64,000 nt of DNA from Pseudomonadota bacterium (GTDB lineage Bacteria > Pseudomonadota > Gammaproteobacteria > Burkholderiales > Burkholderiaceae_C). Shown here one piece after another: positions 19,544 through 28,744 of this stretch. Location of the stretch: NCBI GenBank assembly GCA_040385425.1, contig JAZKHK010000030.1, forward strand, positions 947 through 64,946, given 5' to 3'. How positions within the stretch are numbered: the stretch's first letter is position 1; every line of letters starts with the position of its first letter. Position numbers and translations under genes: made by a program. The notes beneath the pieces are model-generated. The model did no database searches. It was not told the DNA's origin and worked only from the letters and a program-made list of their open reading frames with translations.

Positions 19544-20851
19544 ATGGACGCAATGAAAGTAACGTCCCTTTTTCCAACGCCAGCCCGCTGCTGGTTTGCC
19601 CCCGCGTTGCTGGCGATCTTCGCGGTTGCAGGCTGCACCTCCACACCCCTGGTCGAAACCAAGGCAACGGCGCCATCGACGGTCGGCACCAGTCCGACCC
19701 CAGCCTTATCCGACGTTTCCGACGAGCGTGAGCACCAGCAGAAGTTTGCTCGCTGGGTGACCGAGTTCAGGGCCAGTGCACGCGCAGCCGGTATCGACGA
19801 GGCCACGCTTAACACTGCATTCGACACCGTTCGTTTCGTCCCTCGCATCATCGAATTGGATCGGGCGCAACCCGAGTTCACCCGCACGGTCAAGGACTAC
19901 CTCGACAACGCGCTGTCAACGCAGCGCATCGTCCGTGGTCAGGACAAGCTGCGGCAACTGCGCCCCGTGGTCGACCCCATTGCCGCGCGTTACGGCGTCC
20001 CGGCAGAGACCCTCTTCGCGATCTGGGGCATGGAGAGCAATTACGGCGGCTTTGTCGGCGACATCCCGACCATCGACGCTCTGGCAACGCTCGGTTTCGA
20101 GGGCCGACGCGAGGCGTGGGCACAGGGCCAGTTGCTCGCCGCCTTGAAAATCCTGCAAAACCGCGATATCGACCGCGCACAGATGATCGGCTCATGGGCC
20201 GGTGCGATGGGCCAGACGCAGTTTTTGCCATCGAACTTTCTGGCCTATGCGGTCGATGCCGATGGCGATGGTCGACGCGACATATGGGGTAGCGTGGCTG
20301 ATGTGATGGCGTCCACCGCCAACTTTTTGGCCAGTTCTGGCTGGCAGAGCGGCCAGCCGTGGGGGCTTGAAGTGCGCCTGCCGCCGGGCTTCGACTACGC
20401 GCGCGCCGACGCCGATGTGCGGCAGCCGGCGACCCAATGGGCGGACGAGGGCGTGCAATCGCTGGACGGCGCGCCGCTGCCAGCGTTGGCCGACAGCTCG
20501 ATCCTGCTTCCTGCCAGTGCGCGCGGGCCGGCCTTCATCGTTGGCCCCAACTTCCGCACGATCCTGCGCTACAACAACTCAACTAGCTATGCGCTCGCCG
20601 TCAGCCTGCTGGCGCAACGCCTGGCCGGCGGCCCCGCGGTGCAGGCACCCTGGCCGCGTGATTTGACCGCCTTGACGCGCAGCCAGTTGCTGGCGTTGCA
20701 GACGGCGCTGAACGCACGTGGTTTTGACAGCGGCACGCCCGACGGCATGGTTGGCCCGGCCACGCAGCGTGGCATTCGCCAATACCAGCGCAGCCTGGGC
20801 TTGCCAGCAGACGGCTATCCGACCCTGGACCTTTTGCAGCGCCTGCAGTGA
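19544..20851 (+). CDS. Lytic murein transglycosylase (MltB/Slt family) with C-terminal peptidoglycan-binding domain
   Basis: Lipobox VAGC; AIWGMESNYG, GSWAGAMGQTQFLPS, AVDADGDGRRDIW, YNNSTSYA, PDG.VGP.T. Confidence 0.92.
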   Translation: MDAMKVTSLFPTPARCWFAPALLAIFAVAGCTSTPLVETKATAPSTVGTSPTPALSDVSDEREHQQKFARWVTEFRASARAAGIDEATLNTAFDTVRFVPRIIELDRAQPEFTRTVKDYLDNALSTQRIVRGQDKLRQLRPVVDPIAARYGVPAETLFAIWGMESNYGGFVGDIPTIDALATLGFEGRREAWAQGQLLAALKILQNRDIDRAQMIGSWAGAMGQTQFLPSNFLAYAVDADGDGRRDIWGSVADVMASTANFLASSGWQSGQPWGLEVRLPPGFDYARADADVRQPATQWADEGVQSLDGAPLPALADSSILLPASARGPAFIVGPNFRTILRYNNSTSYALAVSLLAQRLAGGPAVQAPWPRDLTALTRSQLLALQTALNARGFDSGTPDGMVGPATQRGIRQYQRSLGLPADGYPTLDLLQRLQ

Positions 20852-21018
20852 CGCGACGGCATCGCGTCCTGAGGCAGTTCAGCACCTAGTTCTTGTCTTG
20901 CGACACGCACTTCGTACATTCGTGATTGACTCCAGATGGTCGGCTGCAGTCGACCCATAGAGCTCAATTACGGACGGCCTGCATCAGGCACTCAATGGAC
21001 ATTCAAGCCTCAAGCGTG

Positions 21019-21912
21019 TCATACCCAAGGTATCTTCGCGAAGCGCACCACTAAAAAATCCAGTAAGGCGCGCACGGCGGGTGACAAATGCTTGCGTGAC
21101 GGATAAAGCGCATAGATGCTCATGTCAGGCAGCTTCCAGTCCGGCAATATCGTCTGCAGGCTGCCATCACGCAGATGCGGATTGGCTAGGTAGGTAGGCT
21201 GCAAAGCGATACCTCCTCCTGCCAAAGCGGCCCGAAGCAAAGCGGTAGCCTCGTTTGCGCTGAAGTAGCTGCCCACATGCACCTCGGCGTGCTCGTCATC
21301 CCGCTGTAGCTTCCATACGCTTTTGCCAAAGTGGGCATAGCTTAGGCAACGGTGCGCGGCCAGCTCGGCGGGCAACTGCGGAACGCCCTGCGCGCTCAAG
21401 TAATCGGGTGATGCCACCAGCACTGAAGTGCACGGTGCCAGCACACGGCCAATCAGAGTGGGGTCGGGCTCTGCGCTGATGCGAATGGCCAGGTCTATGC
21501 GGGCCTCCACCAGGTTCAGCGCGCCCTCGCTGGCATTGAGGTCGACCTTGAGTTCCGGGTGCAGCTTCAAAAAATCCACCACCGCCGCCGCCATCTGCGC
21601 ATAGGCAAATGACATGCTGCAGGTAATGCGCAGTTGTCCGCGCAAGGCACCGTCGTGGCTATGGGTTTCTTCCTCCACGTTTTCCATCAGCGCCAGCATT
21701 TGCTGGCTGCGGCGCAGGCAGTTTTCGCCCGCGTCCGTCAGCGTGACGCTGCGCGTGGTGCGCTGCAAAAGGCGCGCGCCCAGCCACTGCTCCAGCTCGC
21801 CAACATAACGCGTCACCATGGCGCGCGACATGTCGAGCTTGTCGGCCGTGGCGCTGAAGCTGCCGCTATGCGCCACCTCCACAAATACCTGCATGGCGGT
21901 CAATCTATCCAT
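21019..21912 (-). CDS. LysR-family transcriptional regulator (CrgA/DmlR-like)
   Basis: MDRLTAMQVFVEVA..GSFS..A..L, LGARLLQRTTRSVTLT.AG; divergent from the MBL/DsbA pair. Confidence 0.95.
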   Translation of the reverse strand: MDRLTAMQVFVEVAHSGSFSATADKLDMSRAMVTRYVGELEQWLGARLLQRTTRSVTLTDAGENCLRRSQQMLALMENVEEETHSHDGALRGQLRITCSMSFAYAQMAAAVVDFLKLHPELKVDLNASEGALNLVEARIDLAIRISAEPDPTLIGRVLAPCTSVLVASPDYLSAQGVPQLPAELAAHRCLSYAHFGKSVWKLQRDDEHAEVHVGSYFSANEATALLRAALAGGGIALQPTYLANPHLRDGSLQTILPDWKLPDMSIYALYPSRKHLSPAVRALLDFLVVRFAKIPWV

Positions 21913-22036
21913 GATTTGTTCAATTTATGAAACAGTAATGGGCGAATTATCGGGTTTATCTGCGCGGTTATTGAAACTAAAGTTCACTCCAGCGCTGCAG
22001 AGCGTTCCTTTAAACACTACCCGACTGGAGTTCCCC

Positions 22037-22903
22037 ATGATCCGCACGACCGTTATCGCCGCCTCCCTCGCAATCGCGTTCACCAGCGCCCAGGCCGCTC
22101 AGCCGCTCACCGTCAAGGTTTACAACGCCGATGTCAACAGCTTCAACGTCAACTCCACTTTGGTGGTGGGTGAAAAAGAAGCCATGGTGATTGACGCAGG
22201 CTTTACCCGCGCCGACGCGCTGCGCATTGCGGCCAATGTGCTGGACAGCGGCAAGCAGCTCACCACCATCTATGTGAGCCAAGCCGACCCGGACTATTAC
22301 TTTGGCGTGGAGACGCTGAAGGAATTTTTCCCCCAGGCCGACGTGGTGACCACGCCCGCCGTACTGGAAAAGCTGAGCGCCAAGCTGGCAGGCAAGGTCG
22401 CGTTCTGGGGCCCCAAGATGGGCGCCAACGCACCGCGCAAGCCGGTGATTCCCCGCGCGCTGGAAGGCAACACCTTGACGCTGGAAGGCCAGACGATTGA
22501 GATCCGTGGCACCCAAGGCCCGCTGGCCCACCGCCCCTACGCGTGGATTCCGGCGATCAAAGCCATCGTGGGCAACATCGGCGTGTTCGGCAACATGCAT
22601 GTGTGGACGGCTGACACACAAACCCCGGCCCTGCGCGCCGCATGGGTTGCGCAGCTCGATGAGATGGCTGCGCTGAAGCCCGAGCTGGTGATTCCCGGCC
22701 ACATGAAGGCAGGCACCAAGGTGGATGCCAGCGCGATTGGTTTCACCAAGGATTACTTGCAAACATTCGAGAAAAACCTGGCCGCCAGCAAGAGTAGCGC
22801 TGAGCTGATCAACGCCATGAAGCAGTCCTACCCGCAGGTGACCGATGGCGGCCTGTCGCTGGAGATTGGCGCCAAGGTCAACAAAGGCGAAATGAAGTGG
22901 TAA
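22037..22903 (+). CDS. Exported MBL-fold protein with a degenerate metal motif
   Basis: GGAG RBS, signal peptide; VIDAGF, IYVSQADPDYYFG, VIPGH, C-terminal KGEMKW. Confidence 0.8.
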   Translation: MIRTTVIAASLAIAFTSAQAAQPLTVKVYNADVNSFNVNSTLVVGEKEAMVIDAGFTRADALRIAANVLDSGKQLTTIYVSQADPDYYFGVETLKEFFPQADVVTTPAVLEKLSAKLAGKVAFWGPKMGANAPRKPVIPRALEGNTLTLEGQTIEIRGTQGPLAHRPYAWIPAIKAIVGNIGVFGNMHVWTADTQTPALRAAWVAQLDEMAALKPELVIPGHMKAGTKVDASAIGFTKDYLQTFEKNLAASKSSAELINAMKQSYPQVTDGGLSLEIGAKVNKGEMKW

Positions 22904-22915
22904 GAAGATAACACC

Positions 22916-23557
22916 ATGAGCGCGACGACCGTCACTTATCTGTTCGACCCCTTGTGCGGCTGGTGCTACGGTGCTTCGCCCACGATCCAGAAGCTGGGTC
23001 AGCACGCCACCCTTCAGTTGGAGCTGGCGCCCACGGGCTTGTTTGCAGGCGTCGGTGGGCGCACCATGGATGCCGCGTTTGCGGACTATGCGTGGTCGAA
23101 TGACATGCGCATTAAAAAGCTCACTGGCCAGCGCTTCACTGAGGACTACCGTACGCAGGTGTTGGGTAAGCCCGGCAGTCGTTTTGACTCGGCCACCGCT
23201 ACCCTGGCGCTTATGGCTGTGGCGTTAGCCGCGCCGCAGCGTGAGCTGGAAGCCTTGAAGGCATTGCAGGAAGCCCGCTACGTGCACGCGCTGGATACTT
23301 GCGCCGTACCCGTGGTGGAAAAGCTGTTGCGTGACATGGGGCTGAGTGCTGCCGCCGACTGCCTTGCCGCTGGCGACGCAGCGCTATTGGCCGCCAACGC
23401 CGCGCGCGTCCACAAGGCGCAAGGCCTGATGCAGAGCTTTGGTGCGCAGGGCGTGCCAACACTGATCGTTACGGATAGCAATGGCAGCCGGCTGCTGCGC
23501 GGCAATGCGCTGTACGGCAGCTTTGACAGTTTGCTCAGCCACATCGCCGCTGCCTGA
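22916..23557 (+). CDS. DsbA-family thioredoxin-like protein
   Basis: YLFDPLCGWCYG and GVPTLI motifs; no signal peptide. Confidence 0.88.
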   Translation: MSATTVTYLFDPLCGWCYGASPTIQKLGQHATLQLELAPTGLFAGVGGRTMDAAFADYAWSNDMRIKKLTGQRFTEDYRTQVLGKPGSRFDSATATLALMAVALAAPQRELEALKALQEARYVHALDTCAVPVVEKLLRDMGLSAAADCLAAGDAALLAANAARVHKAQGLMQSFGAQGVPTLIVTDSNGSRLLRGNALYGSFDSLLSHIAAA

Positions 23558-23592
23558 GTGAACTCTGGCCCAACCCATTCAAAGGAGTTTCG

Positions 23593-23682
23593 ATGAACCT
23601 GCTGCACCCAGTCCTGGTTCATATGCGTGCGGGCCGCTGGCACGAGGCGCACAACCTGGTGCAAGACGATGGCAGGGCATAG
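23593..23682 (+). pseudogene. Truncated ORF (29 aa), apparently the N-terminus of a small conserved protein
   Basis: Strong AAGGAG RBS then MNLLHPVLVHMRAGRWHEAHNLVQDDGRA*; the W..AH..VQ motif normally continues in ~80-100 aa proteins (from recall). Confidence 0.5.
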
Positions 23683-23741
23683 CTACGAGTGAATGCGATG
23701 GTCGCAGAAGGATTCGTTGCCTGCACCTGCGAATACCAGCG

Positions 23742-24533
23742 TCAAGCGTGACGTTCCCAGTCAATTCGTTGATGGACTTCACCTGTGAAGCCATTGGCAT
23801 CAAAACTACGCTCCACGAAGTCTGCACGGTTGCGCCCGGCAAGCACCACGGAACTGGCCCGTGTGCCGTAGTCGGGCATATGGATAAATTCGGCCGAAAG
23901 CGCTTTTTCCCATTCCAGAGGGATGCCGGTTTGCGGGAGGTCCTTGTCTGGCGCCGTACGTCGATCTGACAAGAGCGCAAACAGGGCGTTGATGCCCGGT
24001 TGAGCAGCCACGTGTTCACCCTCAAAGTTGTTCTGCCTCAGGGTTTGCGCAAAACCATCGCGCAAACGGCTTACTTTGGGCCAGGGTACGTTGAAGTCAG
24101 CGTTGGAGACAACGCTGACCCCTTCTGGCAGTTTGAACGCACGCCGATGGCGGCTCTCAAACCCCATCAACGACTGACCATCAAACACCAGCAGGTTGAA
24201 GGGGTTGTAGAGGTGCGCCCGTAATGCAAGGGCCTCCAGGTAGTGCTCGCAAGTGCTGGAGCCGCTCAGGAACGCGGTGGTGATCTCGCCACGCGATGGG
24301 GCTCCCAAGCGGTTTTGGGATGGATCACGGTAGTTGGTGAGGGCTGCGACCCGCCCACTGAGGCTCACACCCAGCCACGTGCCGTTTGCCTGTAGGTCTT
24401 TGCCCGCCACGATGGGTTGGTCCGCCCAGCGATGCAAGGCTTGGGTCGGTCGTGCATAAAACTCGTCGCGGTTGGCAGCGATGATGAGAGGGACTGGCGC
24501 TTGGGGCTGCCAGTTGACGGCGATCAGGCACAT
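23742..24533 (-). CDS. NRDE/TANGO2-family protein
   Basis: MCLI...AANRDEFYARPT, GKDL..GTWLG, LTNYR, SRG, YGTR.S. Confidence 0.93.
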   Translation of the reverse strand: MCLIAVNWQPQAPVPLIIAANRDEFYARPTQALHRWADQPIVAGKDLQANGTWLGVSLSGRVAALTNYRDPSQNRLGAPSRGEITTAFLSGSSTCEHYLEALALRAHLYNPFNLLVFDGQSLMGFESRHRRAFKLPEGVSVVSNADFNVPWPKVSRLRDGFAQTLRQNNFEGEHVAAQPGINALFALLSDRRTAPDKDLPQTGIPLEWEKALSAEFIHMPDYGTRASSVVLAGRNRADFVERSFDANGFTGEVHQRIDWERHA

Positions 24534-24551
24534 GACAACTGTGCCATTTGG

Positions 24552-25517
24552 TTATTGAAGCGCCAACCCAGCCAGGCGAATGGCGCCCTCCAGGCTTTTG
24601 GCGCCGCCAATGAACAGGTTCATGTGGCAGAAAACACTGTCTGGCACGCCCGTCACCGCCGCCAGTTCCTGATCCCGCAGCCCGGCCCAAATTTTGGGCA
24701 AATCCATTCGAGCAACGAATGAGCCGGGCTCAACGGGGACTGTTTTAACCTGGTACTGGTCACCATCCGAATCAGGATAGATGACGAACATAACCTCGGG
24801 CATTTCATCCACCACCACGCGCGTCCAGGGCATGCCGCCCTCTTGCAGGTGGAGCACTTTGCCGCCGAGCAATCTCGGGGCTTGGCGCACGATGTCCATG
24901 GAGCGAATTTGAGAAATCTTTTTGATGATGGCGCGGTCCAGGAATTTCCGGGTGATGGCCATTGCCTCGCGGAAACGGGTTTCCTGAAGTTGCGCTTTCG
25001 CCTCTGCATCAAGCCCTTTTTCTTCCATCCAGTTGGTATTGAGCTGCGCGATCAAAGCCGACAGCCCAAAAATCCCGGGTGCCACGTCACCCTGTCCGGT
25101 ATCCACAATGTCCAGATACTGCACCAAAGACGAGTCGATGGAGCGGGCGATCTCTGCCAGTGCTGGCGCATCAAGCTCCAAGCCACTGCTGCTGGCCAAC
25201 ACCTGGACGTAAGCTGCGCCATACGCAGACCAGACCAAACCTGCGCTGGCATAACCCACACCAGCAGTTTCTTCGCCATCCACCAGGCGTGCGGGGCGAG
25301 CACCCGTGAAGCTGCGTTGATGGTGGTCGAAGCATCCGGCTTCAAGGTCCCAGAGGCCGCCGACATCGACGGCAAAATCAGCGGCTTCAATCAGCGCGTT
25401 ATTGCGCGTGCGAACCAGGGTGTGCGATGGGAAGACGCCCATGAGGACGCCGACGCCAAAGACGTCGTCGGCGTGGAAGCTGCCACTGTGGGTGGCAATT
25501 GTTTTGTGATCATTCAT
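24552..25517 (-). CDS. MYG1-family (DHH-like) exonuclease
   Basis: IATHSGSFHADDV, VDVGG, FDHHQ, ASAGLVW, W.GLRD.EL, FCH...FIGG. Confidence 0.92.
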   Translation of the reverse strand: MNDHKTIATHSGSFHADDVFGVGVLMGVFPSHTLVRTRNNALIEAADFAVDVGGLWDLEAGCFDHHQRSFTGARPARLVDGEETAGVGYASAGLVWSAYGAAYVQVLASSSGLELDAPALAEIARSIDSSLVQYLDIVDTGQGDVAPGIFGLSALIAQLNTNWMEEKGLDAEAKAQLQETRFREAMAITRKFLDRAIIKKISQIRSMDIVRQAPRLLGGKVLHLQEGGMPWTRVVVDEMPEVMFVIYPDSDGDQYQVKTVPVEPGSFVARMDLPKIWAGLRDQELAAVTGVPDSVFCHMNLFIGGAKSLEGAIRLAGLALQ

Positions 25518-26377
25518 CAGGCGATTTTAGAAGCCCGACATGCCGTACCTAGCAATTCTGTCAGTTCGCCCGCGAAGCGCTCGGGGTTGAACAGGTGAGG
25601 GCAGTGGTCGGCCCCCTCGTAGAGGCTTAAGCGCGCCTGGGGGAGCTGTGCGGCAACGAAATGGGCGGTCTCCGTGGTGTAGAAATTGCTGGCGGTTCCG
25701 TAAGCGAGCAGGGTGGGCAGATCAATGGTGGGGAGCACGTCGCGGTAATCGGCGGCGACCAGCGTTTTCCAGATGGCGATGGCCGAAACCGGATCCATGT
25801 TGCGCAGGGCATCGCGCGCGGCGCGCCAGCCCGAACTGTTGCGCGAGTAGGTTTCACGCGCCTTGTCGTTGAGGCCCAAGGCGATCAGGCGCAGCACGGC
25901 TTCGGGGAAATCCGTGTCGAGTTCATCGAGCAGGCGTTGCGCGCGGGCCGGGTCGAAATCGCCGTAGATACCGCTTTGCCATGTGGCGTCGGTCAGCAGC
26001 TTGGGCGACTGGTCAATGAAGCAGAGGTGCGAGAAGCGGTCGCTGCCGAAATCGCGCAGGCACTGCCACAGGGTCAGCGCTCCCATCGAGTGGCCGACAG
26101 CGGCAATCTGCTCGATGCCGTGGTAGTCGAGCAGATTGATGACGTCGCGTGCGAGGCGTTTGACGTCAGGCTCGGGATTGACGGTAAGCGGATGCCCGCC
26201 GTGGCCTCGTGCGTCTGGACACAGCAGGCAATAGCGCGTGGCCAGTGGCTCGACCAGCGGCGCCCAGGCGGCATGGCTGGAAGTCCAGCCGTGCAGGAGC
26301 AGGATCGGCGTGCCGCTGCCTGATCGGTAACTATGCAGTTGTTCGCCATCGTCGGCGCGTATTGTGTCGTGCTTCAT
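25517..26377 (-). CDS. Alpha/beta hydrolase
   Basis: LLLHGW, DARGHG, GHSMG nucleophile elbow, ADH catalytic His; stop overlaps the MYG1 start. Confidence 0.9.
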   Translation of the reverse strand: MKHDTIRADDGEQLHSYRSGSGTPILLLHGWTSSHAAWAPLVEPLATRYCLLCPDARGHGGHPLTVNPEPDVKRLARDVINLLDYHGIEQIAAVGHSMGALTLWQCLRDFGSDRFSHLCFIDQSPKLLTDATWQSGIYGDFDPARAQRLLDELDTDFPEAVLRLIALGLNDKARETYSRNSSGWRAARDALRNMDPVSAIAIWKTLVAADYRDVLPTIDLPTLLAYGTASNFYTTETAHFVAAQLPQARLSLYEGADHCPHLFNPERFAGELTELLGTACRASKIA

Positions 26378-26396
26378 TCTTCAGCGTACCCGTCGT

Positions 26397-27143
26397 TCAA
26401 GCGGAGCAAATTTTGAAATTTAATTGATGCCGATTGTGGCTTGGGCCTGCACCATCGGTATGTCGGTCCAGCAGGCGTTCCTGCACTGCCTTGCCGGTGA
26501 GTTCCCGCAGTGCATCCGCAGCAATCCAGCGTGCTGGCCGGGTGCCTTGTTGCTGAATGCGCTGAGCGGCGTCGATGGCTGCGGCAGTGAGTGCTAGATT
26601 CCGTTTTCCGATGTTGCGCAGCGCCCAGTTCACGGCCTTTTTGACGAAATTGCGTTCATCTCCTGACGCTGCTTCAACGAAAGTCAGCATCGCCACGAAG
26701 CGCTCATCGCCGGCCTGTTTGTCATGCACGGCCAGCGTGGCCAGCAGTGCAAACGCTGCACGCCGTACAAACTCGTCACTGTGCTCAGCCCACACCGCGA
26801 CCTTGTTCCAGGCCAGAGGTGATGCCAAAAAGGCGCTACCGCAAACCTGGTCGCAAACGTCCCAGGACGAAAAGCCCTTGGCCCAATCATCCATCTGGCT
26901 TGATGTCAACTTGTCAGGCTCGGCCACCATGCCCGCCACGATGCGTGCGTCAGGTATGCCCGTTTTCCACAGCGCTGTCGCCAGTTCATGGTCAGCCCCC
27001 AAGGTTTTGGCGATACCGCGCATGGCCGGCACCGACAAACCCAGACGCCTCTCAGGATTGAGGCCAAATCTGGCCATGCCAGCCAGTTCGTTGGGGCGGG
27101 CGTTTTGGTGCAGCAGGGCCAGGGCTGCTTGAAGGTTACTCAT
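26397..27143 (-). CDS. DNA alkylation repair protein (AlkD-like HEAT repeat)
   Basis: GMARFG, SWDVCDQ, EFVRRAAF, DERNFVKKAVNWALR.IGKRN. Confidence 0.88.
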   Translation of the reverse strand: MSNLQAALALLHQNARPNELAGMARFGLNPERRLGLSVPAMRGIAKTLGADHELATALWKTGIPDARIVAGMVAEPDKLTSSQMDDWAKGFSSWDVCDQVCGSAFLASPLAWNKVAVWAEHSDEFVRRAAFALLATLAVHDKQAGDERFVAMLTFVEAASGDERNFVKKAVNWALRNIGKRNLALTAAAIDAAQRIQQQGTRPARWIAADALRELTGKAVQERLLDRHTDGAGPSHNRHQLNFKICSA

Positions 27144-27249
27144 AGTGGTTTGACTTTACTACTGATGGAATCGATCATCACCAACGCAACCCAGCCACTT
27201 GTTTTTGGGACTGCGAGTGCAGCCTTGTTAGACCATTGCCTCTAATAAT

Positions 27250-27321
27250 TGCTGCAGTGCAACAAAAGCTACCTGGGCACTCGATAACTCCCTACAATGG
27301 GATTTATGTTGCACTGCAGCA
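27250..27321. promoter_or_regulatory. Pair of inverted TGC-rich sites upstream of the phasin gene (PhaR-type operators)
   Basis: TGCTGCAGTGCAACA (27250-27264) and its exact reverse complement TGTTGCACTGCAGCA (27307-27321). Confidence 0.65.
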
Positions 27322-27387
27322 TAAATAGCCGGACTTGGTTTTTTACTTGGCTGGCACTCGATTAATTACACTTTTCAGGGATCCGAA

Positions 27388-27933
27388 ATGAAGAACACCA
27401 CCGAACAATTTATCGCAACGAACAAAGCCAACCTTGAAGCATTCACCTCCCTGACGAGCCAGGCTTTTGCTGGCGTCGAAAAGCTGGTCGAACTGAACCT
27501 GGCTACGTCGAAGACAGCTCTGGCTGATTCCTTGAGCCAAGCTAAAGATGTTCTGGGCGCCAAAGATGCGCAAGAACTCGTTGCGCTGCAATCTGATTTG
27601 CTCAAACCCCTGGCCGACAAATCTGCGGCTTATGCTGAGCAGATCAAAACCATCTTGACCGACAGCAGCGCTGAATTTAAAAAAGCCGTCGAAGCCAAGA
27701 CCACCGAAGCTCAAAAAGCTTTTAGCGACGCTGTTGAAAACTTGACGAAGAACGCTCCAGCGGGCACTGAATCTGCCGTGGCTGCATTCAAGAGTGCCTT
27801 GACTGCTGGTCAAAACGCAATAGAGTCGGCTCAGGCTCAAGCCCAAAAAGCGCTTGAAACCGCGCAGTCGAACTTCACCGCGGCAACGGCTCAAACAGTC
27901 AATGCCGCCAAGAAAGCCTCTAAAAAAGCTTAA
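27388..27933 (+). CDS. phaP: Phasin (PHA granule protein)
   Basis: EQF.A.NKANLE...AF.GVEKLVELNL, KDAQEL.ALQ, KNAPAG.ESAVA; Ala/Lys-rich tail. Confidence 0.92.
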   Translation: MKNTTEQFIATNKANLEAFTSLTSQAFAGVEKLVELNLATSKTALADSLSQAKDVLGAKDAQELVALQSDLLKPLADKSAAYAEQIKTILTDSSAEFKKAVEAKTTEAQKAFSDAVENLTKNAPAGTESAVAAFKSALTAGQNAIESAQAQAQKALETAQSNFTAATAQTVNAAKKASKKA

Positions 27934-27937
27934 GACC

Positions 27938-28723
27938 TTAAAACAAAAGTTGACGAAGTTCATCTTCGTCAAAACCAGCCAGACGGCGAGCTTCCAGGTT
28001 GAAAGGTGGGCGCAACCTGGGAGCGTCGTATTTTGTTATCAGCTCTGCATAGGTGCTGATGGGGTCTAGATTTCGTTGATTGCAAATCCAGCGATACCAA
28101 TGGTTGCCAGTGGAAACATGGCCAATCTCATCTTTGAGAATGAGCGCCAGAATTTCTCCCGCTTTCATATCGCCAACACTCACCAGCTTGTTTTTGACGG
28201 CGGGTGATGCATCCAGGCCACGGGCTTCAAGCGTTCTCGGCACGAGGGCGACTCTTGCCAGTACATCATCTTTTGTCTTTTCTGCCATTTCCCACAAGGT
28301 GTTGTGAGCGTCAAAGTCGCCGTAATCAAAACCGAGACTGAGCAAGTGGTCGCGAAGGAGATTGAAATGGTGTGCTTCTTCTTTGGCGATGACCACCCAA
28401 TCACGGTAAAACTGCTCCGGCATTCCTGAAAAGCGCCAAACAATGTCGAGGGCCAAATCGATGGCGTTGAACTCGATATGCGCCAGTGCGTGCAGGAGAG
28501 CCGCACGTCCCCCAAGTGTTTTTAGGGACGTTTTCTTGATGGCAGTCGGCAGAACGAGGGTTGGCCTGATTGGCCGGCCTGGAATGCCAGCAGGGGGCGG
28601 GATGTCCGCTCCGATGTCGATGGGAAGTTCAAGGTTCAGGGCGAGTGTGCCTTGTGCTTTGGATACAGCATTTTGAGTAAGCAGGGGACCAATGACGGAA
28701 GTACGCAGGGATAGCATTTTCAA
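27938..28723 (-). CDS. Ferritin-like protein (DUF455 type)
   Basis: LHALAHIEFNAIDLA, EEA.HF, VPRTLEARGLD, DEIGHV..G..W. Confidence 0.88.
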   Translation of the reverse strand: MKMLSLRTSVIGPLLTQNAVSKAQGTLALNLELPIDIGADIPPPAGIPGRPIRPTLVLPTAIKKTSLKTLGGRAALLHALAHIEFNAIDLALDIVWRFSGMPEQFYRDWVVIAKEEAHHFNLLRDHLLSLGFDYGDFDAHNTLWEMAEKTKDDVLARVALVPRTLEARGLDASPAVKNKLVSVGDMKAGEILALILKDEIGHVSTGNHWYRWICNQRNLDPISTYAELITKYDAPRLRPPFNLEARRLAGFDEDELRQLLF

Positions 28724-28744
28724 ATTGTAGAGACTGCGCCCAAG

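Noticed and set aside
20940-21010. Possible attC/REP-like remnant flanking the LysR-MBL-DsbA block (weak inverted similarity to 23690-23707)
   Set aside because: The match is too short and no integrase or transposase is present.
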